Origin: a virus
Taxonomy: Duplodnaviria > Caudoviricetes
Strand: one strand, 5' to 3'
Virus record (IMG/VR): IMGVR_UViG_3300005512_000001
Location: 192,001 to 256,000 of that record
Length of the DNA stretch: 64,000 nucleotides
Below are positions 1 to 8,028 of this stretch, piece by piece; the stretch's first letter is position 1, and every line of letters begins with the position of its first letter. A program made the position numbers and the translations under genes. The notes beneath the pieces were generated by a model, which was given only the letters and a program-made list of their open reading frames with translations, was not told the origin of the DNA and did not search any database.

Positions 1-1
1 G

Positions 2-307
2 ACTGCTAAATTTATTAAAAAGATTCGCAACGATTTTCAAAATGCAAAAGCTATAATTGCATTTGCAGATTTGTCGCACAACCATGTTGGTACCATATAC
101 AAGGCCGGAAATTGGGAGTTCAATGGTGTGGTGCCCCCCAGTTATTGGTATCTTGATGTTGATGGTTTTGTTTGGCACAAGAAAACTGTTTATAATAAAG
201 CTGTTAAATCAGATATGAAAGAATCTGAATTTGCATGCCAGAATGAGTTATCAAAAATCTATGGCAAGGAAAAATATCGATATATTTATTGGTTGCGACT
301 GTATTAG
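2..307 (+). CDS. C-terminal fragment (5' truncated by window) of a Mom-like GNAT protein, paralog of the endonuclease-GNAT fusions
   Basis: Frame open from nt 2: AIIAFADLSHNHVGTIYKAGNW..PSYWY..WHKKT.Y..A matches the C-termini of 1626-3089, 31965-33593 and 47623-49101. Confidence 0.75.
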   Translation, partial: TAKFIKKIRNDFQNAKAIIAFADLSHNHVGTIYKAGNWEFNGVVPPSYWYLDVDGFVWHKKTVYNKAVKSDMKESEFACQNELSKIYGKEKYRYIYWLRLY

Positions 308-345
308 GATTTCTTCAAATATATTTACAGAATTGGAGAACAGAT

Positions 346-912
346 ATGCCTAATAGAGTACCATTTACAGCCTATTTCAAGATTGTTCCGGAGCGTGGCA
401 GCGGAAAGAGATTCGAGATTCAGCGGAGTCGTGAACGATTTGCCCGTTTAGTCTGGAATGATTTAAATACGAACCTGGAAAATGCTATCCCCGGTGCTGG
501 AACTGGACTAGGAACGACTGTTGGTGCCAATTTCACAGTCCCTGGCGGCTCAATACATTGGGGCTTGGCTGCTAGTGATAGTTCGTTGTCAAGCAATATG
601 GGTGCTGTTGCGGTAAAACCTCAGTTCGGCGAGTCACCAGATACTCTGACGGTGGTGGGATTCTATGAAGGCTCTAATGTTATTCCGTATAGTGAAAAAC
701 AATTAATAAGCGGCGGTAGAGTATGGAATGGTCCGGCTACTGGCACACCCGCCTACACTATTAGCACTGAGCCAAATGCAGCTAATAGAAGTGCTGCTAG
801 AGCATTAAAGACGGCATTAGAAGGTGCCATAGAGTCAGTTGAAGTCGAGATGATTAAACTGGAAATAAACGGCGTTAAATATGGTCGTGGTGGATTACAT
901 TTTCCGTTATAA
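346..912 (+). CDS. hypothetical protein, probably late/virion
   Basis: ATG 346 with GGAG RBS and CAAATATA motif at 316. Confidence 0.6.
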   Translation: MPNRVPFTAYFKIVPERGSGKRFEIQRSRERFARLVWNDLNTNLENAIPGAGTGLGTTVGANFTVPGGSIHWGLAASDSSLSSNMGAVAVKPQFGESPDTLTVVGFYEGSNVIPYSEKQLISGGRVWNGPATGTPAYTISTEPNAANRSAARALKTALEGAIESVEVEMIKLEINGVKYGRGGLHFPL

Positions 913-918
913 TCTAAC

Positions 919-1356
919 ATGAAACTACCGATGCTATATGAGACAATGGGCAGCGCAGACCCTGTGGTTTTTCGGGCTGGGTCGTCAGAAGGTATTCTTC
1001 TTCATTTTGGAACTATGGCCGCAGCACAAAAAGCATCTATAGGACGTGATATTCATCGTGGAATTTTGAAATTAAATAGCCCGGCAACTATGGTGGATTC
1101 TGGACGGTCTCATAATATTAATCCAGTTGCATTAGCACAAGATATTGTTGCAGGAAACAATCCAGGCATAACAGCGGACCTTATTCCTGTTATTAAGAAG
1201 ATTTTAGATAATAAGGGCATTAAGGCTGCTTTTGAAGGAATCCGAGATGCACTGAAAAATCATGAGTATGATGGTGTTGCGTATGTTAATACTAATGAGG
1301 ACCCTGGGTCAATTTCATATATCGCATTAGATGGTAATCAATTCATGAAAGGATAA
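919..1356 (+). CDS. ADP-ribosyltransferase-like (ART-PolyVal type) protein with N-terminal MKLxxLYE peptide
   Basis: LHFGT..AA and L..HEYDGVAYVN..EDPGSISYIAL..NQ pattern typical of ART-PolyVal domains. Confidence 0.5.
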   Translation: MKLPMLYETMGSADPVVFRAGSSEGILLHFGTMAAAQKASIGRDIHRGILKLNSPATMVDSGRSHNINPVALAQDIVAGNNPGITADLIPVIKKILDNKGIKAAFEGIRDALKNHEYDGVAYVNTNEDPGSISYIALDGNQFMKG

Positions 1357-1357
1357 G

Positions 1358-1579
1358 ATGATGGCGTTACCAGCATTTGGTTTTGGAAGAGGTTTTGGCT
1401 TTAAGAGAGGTTTAGGTTTGGGTAGAGGCTTCGGTGGCGGTAGAGGCCAAGGCGTGAAAGATGGCACTGGCGGTGGTGTGGGGCGAGGTACTGGCAGACG
1501 TGCACAGTCTCTTGCTAAGAAGCAAGAGCGGGCAGCACGCAGAGCAACATGCCCACGCCGGAATACACCTGAGAAATAA
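1358..1579 (+). CDS. small Gly/Arg-rich basic protein
   Basis: GRGFG repeats; AGGA RBS; directly follows previous stop. Confidence 0.5.
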   Translation: MMALPAFGFGRGFGFKRGLGLGRGFGGGRGQGVKDGTGGGVGRGTGRRAQSLAKKQERAARRATCPRRNTPEK

Positions 1580-1625
1580 GAGCATTGCAAGACGGCAATA
1601 TATGTTGACGCATACCCTGTGATGT

Positions 1626-3089
1626 TTAAAGATGTTTAATGAACCTTAGGACTTCTAGGCCCTTTATTTTATGCAGACCGTTTGTATTTGCATAATCTTG
1701 TTCTTTCATTCTCAGCCGCTTAGCTTGATCCCATACTGATTTTTTGTAATATCTTGTACCATTAGAATCAATATACCAGTAAGACGGTTTTGTCCTCCCG
1801 TCTTCTTGCCACCCAGCTGCTTTATAAACGGTGCCGCTGTGTCCAGCCCCTATGTCTGAAAATGCTATTAATGTTTTGATATGCTTTGGAATAAATTTCA
1901 TAGATTTCGCTATAAACCACGATGCGAAATTCTTTTTATGATATTCAGGGTGGATGCATAACCGTTGCAACTCTAATATTTCTTTGTGTTCTAAATTCAA
2001 TCTAGCGGCCGTCTGTAATCTTGTGATGCCTGTATAATTTATTGCCGCTACTAATTTGTTGTCCAGAAATGCACCAATACCCAACCCCGCTCTACCTTTA
2101 GATAAGTAATGATATAGATTAAAGAAATCATTTATCACGCTTTTACGGATGATTTTAACTTCAACATGTTTGAGGTCAAATTGTTTTGATATATCCTCTT
2201 GATGTAGGACATTCTTTAAGATATGTCTAATACTATTTAAGCCATAAAACTGGTGTTCGTAAATATAATATAATTCCCATTTATCAGACAAATATTTGTC
2301 GAAATATGTCTTCTTTTGTTTGTCTCTAGTTATTCTAGATGGGCGTGAATGCCAATATTCTCCTTGGCATTCGATTAAAATATTGCGATCTTTATAGGAA
2401 AAACCGACATCAAATGACCATGGTCCTAGGCTTATTGGTTGTGCATCGATTCCCATGCTTTGCAGGGAATTAATAATTATGTTATCTAATATGGATATAG
2501 GTGACAAGTTAGATATAGCTGTAGCTTGTTTTTGTCTATATTGTTTTGACTTCCACATCCTCTTTGAATTGGCACTTACTTTTTGTTTGAATTCATCTGA
2601 ACTGGTTGCTAGGTTTATTCCTTGAGTTGTTTTAATAAAGTATTCTGAATCTTTCCACAACTTCACTGCCAGTTCTGATTGCAATTTTTTACGTGCTGGT
2701 GTCCAACTTTTCTTTAATGATTCAGATATCTTCTTCTTTTTTACGTCGGTTGTGGATTTTTTTATGCCAGCAATGATACTATCACGATTCTTTTCCCAAT
2801 TCTTTTTAGCTGATTCTGATAATTTTTGCTTTCTGTTGCTTTGTATCCTTTTCATTATTTCTGAATGTTTTGTCCTATTGGCTTTATTCGACCAGTGGTT
2901 TTTAGAACGTTGCGATATATGGTCGGATTTTAGTAACATTCCTTTACTTATGCTTCTGGTTTTAATGCCAAATTTCTTTACATAATATCGGATTGTAGCT
3001 GGAGACACTGAGCATCGCTTTGCTATGTCTCTGATACTCATTATTGAATATGCGGTTTGTAACTCATCTTTATTTTTGTGATTTATCAT
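1626..3089 (-). CDS. free-standing endonuclease: HTH + NUMOD3-like repeats + Vsr/DUF559-type nuclease + Mom-like GNAT domain
   Basis: (S)KxxW repeats; WSFD..LIECQGEYWHS..DxxK; YHYL, ELQRLCIHP..KNFASWFI, AFSD..HSGTVYKAAGW. Confidence 0.8.
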   Translation of the reverse strand: MINHKNKDELQTAYSIMSIRDIAKRCSVSPATIRYYVKKFGIKTRSISKGMLLKSDHISQRSKNHWSNKANRTKHSEIMKRIQSNRKQKLSESAKKNWEKNRDSIIAGIKKSTTDVKKKKISESLKKSWTPARKKLQSELAVKLWKDSEYFIKTTQGINLATSSDEFKQKVSANSKRMWKSKQYRQKQATAISNLSPISILDNIIINSLQSMGIDAQPISLGPWSFDVGFSYKDRNILIECQGEYWHSRPSRITRDKQKKTYFDKYLSDKWELYYIYEHQFYGLNSIRHILKNVLHQEDISKQFDLKHVEVKIIRKSVINDFFNLYHYLSKGRAGLGIGAFLDNKLVAAINYTGITRLQTAARLNLEHKEILELQRLCIHPEYHKKNFASWFIAKSMKFIPKHIKTLIAFSDIGAGHSGTVYKAAGWQEDGRTKPSYWYIDSNGTRYYKKSVWDQAKRLRMKEQDYANTNGLHKIKGLEVLRFIKHL

Positions 3090-3188
3090 TTAGTTTCAAT
3101 TTCCTTCATTTTTATATACTATGTTTGATTATGACGATTGCTCATGGGCATAATTGATTATTTGGCAAATATAATATGAGGTGCAACT

Positions 3189-3905
3189 ATGGCGATAGTA
3201 GGTCCGTCAGATTTACCATACATTTTGCAAGTTGATAGCGACCCAATGAAGAAATACGTATTATCTAAATTGGGTCACCCGGTGGTTGAGGTAGAAATCA
3301 CAGAAGACCAGTGGGAAACGGTCCTACGTACTACTGGCAATTTCATAGCTCATTACTTTTCAAAAGAGCAGATGTTTGCTGTTTTCTACACCACGCCTCT
3401 AGAGAACACATATGATTTACCGAATAATGCATATTGGATTCAAGAGGTGGCATGGGATCCAGTAACGACAATGATTGACCAAATATTCGGTGCGGAGAGC
3501 TTTTTATTCTGTTTTGGTCCTGGCACCAAAATTCTGCGGTCAGATGGTGAGATGATTCTTATTGATGAATGGCAAGAGGATTATAAGGCCAAAACACCAT
3601 TTGGCGACAAGAAGATTAAAATAGAAAAACATGATAAAGACCAGCAGTTGCTAGAAATTGAACATGAATATGGGAAAATTGTAGTCACGCCAAACCATCC
3701 ACTAAAGACGAGTAGTTTAGACGATATGATGGATGGATGGGTGCCTGCTGATGAATGTGTTGTTGGCTCCGATATAATGACGAGCGACGGACCATCTAAA
3801 GTTGTTAGTGTTAAAGAATTGAATGGCCCTACCAACTCTATTATTGTGCCTGGGGCACATTGTTTTTGGGCAAGTGTAGATGGACAACCTATATTGGTGA
3901 GTTAG
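3189..3905 (+). CDS. gp13: neck protein gp13-like, N-terminal part fused to a Hint/mini-intein that stops prematurely
   Basis: YVLSKLGHPVVEVEITEDQ is the gp13-family N-terminus; GAGG RBS; followed by gp14/gp15/gp18. Confidence 0.75.
   Translation: MAIVGPSDLPYILQVDSDPMKKYVLSKLGHPVVEVEITEDQWETVLRTTGNFIAHYFSKEQMFAVFYTTPLENTYDLPNNAYWIQEVAWDPVTTMIDQIFGAESFLFCFGPGTKILRSDGEMILIDEWQEDYKAKTPFGDKKIKIEKHDKDQQLLEIEHEYGKIVVTPNHPLKTSSLDDMMDGWVPADECVVGSDIMTSDGPSKVVSVKELNGPTNSIIVPGAHCFWASVDGQPILVS
3510..3902 (+). mobile_element. mini-intein/Hint domain (131 aa) lacking the terminal Asn
   Basis: Block A CFGPGTKI, block B VTPNHP, W..A, block F/G AHCFWAS..ILVS, then TAG. Confidence 0.8.
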
Positions 3906-4008
3906 ATGAATAATTTTTCGATATATTATGATGGAAGTATAACCGCTGGTGGCGTATTTGGCGATGATTCTGATTATCATACTTATATGGGCAATCAAAT
4001 ATAAATAT

Positions 4009-4995
4009 GTGAGCAATAAAATAGATATACAAGTAGATGAGTTAAAAGAATATTTCAAAAATCATACTTTAAAACAATGTGCAATTAAATTTAATTGCTC
4101 TAAAGTAACTATAAAACGCAAATTGCAGTTTGTTGGTGTCGACACTTCAATTCACAATCATAGTCAATTGGCTTTAGATGCACATCGTAAATCTTTAAAA
4201 GACACTTCTAAATTAACTAAGGAATTTTTATATCAAGAATATGTTGTTCAGAATAAGGATGCTAAGACAATAGCGGAAGAAACTGGATTCCATTTTAATA
4301 CTATTAGGAATCGAACGCGCGAATTTGGGTTTAAAAAAGACCCTAAAAATGCTTCAATTTCAATGCAGTTGCGATATATGAAAAAGACAGGGTATCTTCA
4401 TCCTGGGCATAATCCGATAAATATAGCCAAGATAAACAAAAGACGGTCAAGATTTGAATATCATCCAGTTAAATCAGAAAAGTTAGTATTGTTCAAGTCA
4501 TTGCATGAGCTATGTTATGCATTATTGCTTGATAACGACCCAGATGTTGAGTCATGGGATTATGAACTAATTAAAATCCCATATATGGATGTAATAAAGA
4601 GACGCATGAGAATGTATTATGTTGATTTTTCAATTCAAGCTAAAAGCGGCGACCGATGGGTTGAAGTTAAACCAGCCAATAAAATGGTTCCACATATGAA
4701 GCGGCTATACGCCTCATATGCAGCAAAAAAAGCTGGCATAAAGTTTAGAGGATTGACCAATGATGAACGTAAGTTAGGATATGATTTGTTTATTGGTGGG
4801 TATAATTATGACAGAATTGGTTTTAGAAATGTAAAATCATTAAAATTGGGGTCATGCTATACTTTGTGGCTCAAAGATATTAATGAATTAAAAGAGGTAG
4901 AACATGACCACTATAAATACACAGACCAACTTGGCCCATTTCACCGATGCAAGTTCAAAGCCAAGGCTAAAAATAAATCTGTCGCCTCTCACTAG
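4009..4995 (+). CDS. HTH + TnsA/gp4-like PD-(D/E)xK endonuclease inserted in the neck gene
   Basis: FKSLHE..ALLLDNDPDV..WDYE..IPY..YYVDF..VEVKP; two HTH segments; probable GTG start 4009 just after CAAATATA at 3996. Confidence 0.75.
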   Translation: MSNKIDIQVDELKEYFKNHTLKQCAIKFNCSKVTIKRKLQFVGVDTSIHNHSQLALDAHRKSLKDTSKLTKEFLYQEYVVQNKDAKTIAEETGFHFNTIRNRTREFGFKKDPKNASISMQLRYMKKTGYLHPGHNPINIAKINKRRSRFEYHPVKSEKLVLFKSLHELCYALLLDNDPDVESWDYELIKIPYMDVIKRRMRMYYVDFSIQAKSGDRWVEVKPANKMVPHMKRLYASYAAKKAGIKFRGLTNDERKLGYDLFIGGYNYDRIGFRNVKSLKLGSCYTLWLKDINELKEVEHDHYKYTDQLGPFHRCKFKAKAKNKSVASH

Positions 4996-5659
4996 TGTCA
5001 ATGCGTTTACAGATATTGATGAAGGCACAATTTATCTATCCCAATATCGTTATTGCAACGGTGACTTTCTAGATGTAATTGCTGATGAGATGGCCCATTT
5101 TATTTCTGGCGCAGACCATGATGAAGAATGGAAACAGACTTGCTTGCAGTCGTACGGAAAAATTCCGCCGCACAATTCTGAATTTGATAAGATAAGACGC
5201 AGGCTTGGAATACCGAGCAATATTGCGGGGAACATCGGAAATATTACTGGCATACAGCAAATTCTTACTGATTACCATCTGTTGCAGTCATATAGAAGGT
5301 TCAGTCAACGGTTATTGGGCAATGAGGGCCATTGGGAAGTTTTGGGCGATAATAAAATAAGATTGTATCCAACGCCGAAAGGTTCATTCCCTGTTACTGT
5401 TTTGTACATTCCACCTATTTCCACATGGCGTACCCCTGCCAACAAGCTACTGGCAATGGATATGCTATTGGCTGAAAGCATGATTATGTTAGGGAGCGCT
5501 AGAGGTAAGTTTAGTGGTATACCTAGCCCAGATGGTGGGTCATTGAGCTTAGATGGCGGTGACCTCAAGCAGAAAGGGCAAGAGTTGCGTGATAAAGTCA
5601 TGCAGGATGCTATCCTGCTCTCAGATGACCCATATGCTTCTGCAATTTACAGGTACTAA
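4904..5659 (+). CDS. gp13: neck protein gp13-like C-terminal part (from ~5231) preceded in frame by a degenerate SprT-like segment; start uncertain
   Basis: LGSARGKFSGIPSPDGGSLSLDGGDLKQKG is the gp13 C-terminal signature; upstream DEMAH..HDEEWK resembles SprT HExxH..H. Confidence 0.7.
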   Translation: MTTINTQTNLAHFTDASSKPRLKINLSPLTSVNAFTDIDEGTIYLSQYRYCNGDFLDVIADEMAHFISGADHDEEWKQTCLQSYGKIPPHNSEFDKIRRRLGIPSNIAGNIGNITGIQQILTDYHLLQSYRRFSQRLLGNEGHWEVLGDNKIRLYPTPKGSFPVTVLYIPPISTWRTPANKLLAMDMLLAESMIMLGSARGKFSGIPSPDGGSLSLDGGDLKQKGQELRDKVMQDAILLSDDPYASAIYRY

Positions 5660-5660
5660 T

Positions 5661-6065
5661 ATGGCTACAATTAATCGCAGATTAAATGTGATACGTGGTG
5701 ATAGGGTTCTTGTCCCAGGATGCGAGCCGACGAGTACATTGACTTCAACCAGGATGATGGCCGAGATGAACCGATTAGGATTGTGTCAATGTGCTATTGT
5801 TGATTTGGCTGATATTTTAGAGGCTATACCAGGTGCATACACTGAGTATATCCCAAATTCAGGCCATATGGGCAGTAGCAAGATATTAATTCTACCTAGT
5901 GAAGACCAAACTTGTCCATGCACCACTCATGAAGATTGGTATGAAACAATAAGAGGACTGTGCTCTGAATCAGCCACTGAGGAAGAGATTAATGAGATAC
6001 TTGGGTGTGATGCTTTTTCTATTGATCCATGTGTTACTAGGCCGCAATGGAGAGGCCAAGAATGA
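5661..6065 (+). CDS. hypothetical Cys-rich protein in neck cluster
   Basis: ATG directly after the gp13-C stop; overlaps next start. Confidence 0.55.
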   Translation: MATINRRLNVIRGDRVLVPGCEPTSTLTSTRMMAEMNRLGLCQCAIVDLADILEAIPGAYTEYIPNSGHMGSSKILILPSEDQTCPCTTHEDWYETIRGLCSESATEEEINEILGCDAFSIDPCVTRPQWRGQE

Positions 6066-6628
6066 TACACAGATTTTCAAAGTCGGCAGAGACAATCACC
6101 AGAATCGCACCAGGGCAGCAACGCATTGGGCATAGAGATGATATGTCTCAGTCTAATCCGCTTATACAATTACATGACAGCGAAAGTCTGGACCATGGTC
6201 TCGCAGGCAGTATAGCAGAAGAGATTATAAACATAAGCGGCGGCCAGGTTGTAGTATATGTTAGAACAGATAGTGAGGCATTTGATGATGTTTATGAAGA
6301 AGACCCCGACCCAACATATAAAGTTGGTAAAAGATTGAAGGCTTATTTCGTGCCGCAGCCTATCTCTGCACAACTTACACCGTGGGGGGTTGATGTTGAG
6401 AACCAAGCTACTATTGTCTTTTCGAAAGAACAAGTACGCGGTGAGTTTGGCGATAGGATGATACGGATTGGTGATGTGGTTGAGTTGCCATATAATGCGT
6501 CTGCATTGCGGCCTGATCGGTATAGAGTTTTAAATGCTTTTGACTCTGGAAACTTTAGATACAATTGGCTATATTGGAGTTGTACTGTCGAAAACCTGGC
6601 GGACGACATTACTATAGAACCAGAATGA
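6062..6628 (+). CDS. gp14: neck/head-closure protein gp14-like
   Basis: E.I.ISG..V.VY..DDVYEED, WGVD, IGDVVELP; position after gp13. Confidence 0.65.
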   Translation: MIHRFSKSAETITRIAPGQQRIGHRDDMSQSNPLIQLHDSESLDHGLAGSIAEEIINISGGQVVVYVRTDSEAFDDVYEEDPDPTYKVGKRLKAYFVPQPISAQLTPWGVDVENQATIVFSKEQVRGEFGDRMIRIGDVVELPYNASALRPDRYRVLNAFDSGNFRYNWLYWSCTVENLADDITIEPE

Positions 6629-6918
6629 TAAAATTTTCGACAAATTTAGAAGACCCAAAGATTTTAGACGTTATCAAAGAGCGTCTAAAATCTCAGATTG
6701 TCGATAAACTTGAAGCAGTCGGCAATAAGATTGCGATGAAGATGCGCAACGATAGCGGCGGTAAAGTAGAACCAGAAGTGATAGTATATGAGAAGAATCG
6801 CGACGGAAAAGATGCAGTTAAGATTTTCATAGGAAAGCCTGAAGAGGTGAAGGTAGCTGATAAGTTGAACTTGGTTAAACGGTCGTGGTCTGTTCTACCG
6901 ACACTATTGAAAGATTGA
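6625..6918 (+). CDS. hypothetical protein
   Basis: ATGA overlap coupling with upstream gene. Confidence 0.55.
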   Translation: MIKFSTNLEDPKILDVIKERLKSQIVDKLEAVGNKIAMKMRNDSGGKVEPEVIVYEKNRDGKDAVKIFIGKPEEVKVADKLNLVKRSWSVLPTLLKD

Positions 6919-6919
6919 T

Positions 6920-7726
6920 ATGCCAGTTTATGAATTTGGAAGCAGATTTACGTTTGTGAATACTCCGCGTGGCATTGGGCCAGCGGCAGTAGCAGGTGCT
7001 ACACAGCCGAATCCGCATATTAATCCATACGCGCCTGGTATGAGTCAGAATTCTCATGTTCAGAGTGGTCGGGTTGCTAACACTTGGGAGATTCACAGAG
7101 TAGAATCAAGCGATATAGAAGATTTTATAGACCCAGGGTTTAGATACTTAGATGCTGCTATGAAGAACTATTGGTCAGATATAAGAATTCCTACGAAAGA
7201 TTCTTATAGATTTTTAAGGACTAAGATTGCTGGTATGCGTCCGAGCTTACAAATTTGGAATGAAGAATTAAAACATGGTCGTGTGAAGCTGCCGGTTATA
7301 TCAATTAGTAGAACTGGACAAAACTATAACCCAGACAAATTTACCCCGCCATATAGGCCGTTAAGAAGAAGATTTGTTAATAGTGCTAAAACAATGGTGG
7401 CTTTATCATATAGACCAGTCCCATATATTGTAGATTATACGCTGAATATCTGGTCCGAACATAAACGTGATGCTGAATATGCACTATACCAGATACTTAC
7501 TAGATTCAACCCACTCGCTGAATTGGCTGTGACAGATGACCACAACTTTGGCTACGTACAGATGAAATTGATATCTTCATCTGATACCAGTGAAAAAGAG
7601 GCGTCTGCAGAACAACATGCTAAAGTAAAATATGAAATATCGTATTCTGCAGAGGCGTGGTTGTCTCTTCCAGAAAAGGTTATGCCAACTATAGTTGGCA
7701 CAGTCTTATCGATTGAGGTTGAGTAA
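6920..7726 (+). CDS. gp15: tail terminator / sheath stabiliser gp15-like
   Basis: LPVISISR, PVPYIVDYTLNIW, QILTRFNP motifs; upstream of sheath. Confidence 0.75.
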   Translation: MPVYEFGSRFTFVNTPRGIGPAAVAGATQPNPHINPYAPGMSQNSHVQSGRVANTWEIHRVESSDIEDFIDPGFRYLDAAMKNYWSDIRIPTKDSYRFLRTKIAGMRPSLQIWNEELKHGRVKLPVISISRTGQNYNPDKFTPPYRPLRRRFVNSAKTMVALSYRPVPYIVDYTLNIWSEHKRDAEYALYQILTRFNPLAELAVTDDHNFGYVQMKLISSSDTSEKEASAEQHAKVKYEISYSAEAWLSLPEKVMPTIVGTVLSIEVE

Positions 7727-7758
7727 ATATAATAAATTCTATTACAAGGGAATTCATC

Positions 7759-7971
7759 ATGCCAGCAAGTACAGATGTAGTGATTACCAACCGTAGCAGA
7801 CAAATGATTCCGTTGCAGGTAAGGCCGCCTAAGGGTGATTTCTTTTATGAGGAACACCAGGTAAGACTTAACCCAAATAAGTCAGTGACCCTACCTAAAA
7901 CGTATCTCAATTGGGCGCAAATCGAAAACTGTCGTGGTCGAGGCGATATTTCAATTATAGAAGAGAAATAA
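7759..7971 (+). CDS. small hypothetical protein
   Basis: Clean ORF with RBS between gp15 and sheath. Confidence 0.55.
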   Translation: MPASTDVVITNRSRQMIPLQVRPPKGDFFYEEHQVRLNPNKSVTLPKTYLNWAQIENCRGRGDISIIEEK

Positions 7972-7992
7972 TTTAAATTTCATGCTATCGCT

Positions 7993-8000
7993 CAAATATA
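7993..8000 (+). promoter_or_regulatory. putative late promoter CAAATATA (representative copy, before sheath)
   Basis: Same 8-mer at 316, 3166, 3996, 13785, 44036, 46834 and 49443, each shortly before a gene start. Confidence 0.65.
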
Positions 8001-8028
8001 ATGCAGTGATGATTGACAGGAGCTAACA

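Noticed and set aside
3903-3905. TAG reassignment or read-through explaining the split neck gene
   Set aside because: TAG ends other genes properly (e.g. MCP before its terminator), and read-through hits TAA at 4002-4004.
3897-4995. Spliceosomal-like GTGAGT...CTAG intron
   Set aside because: Phage context, and the joined product is out of frame.
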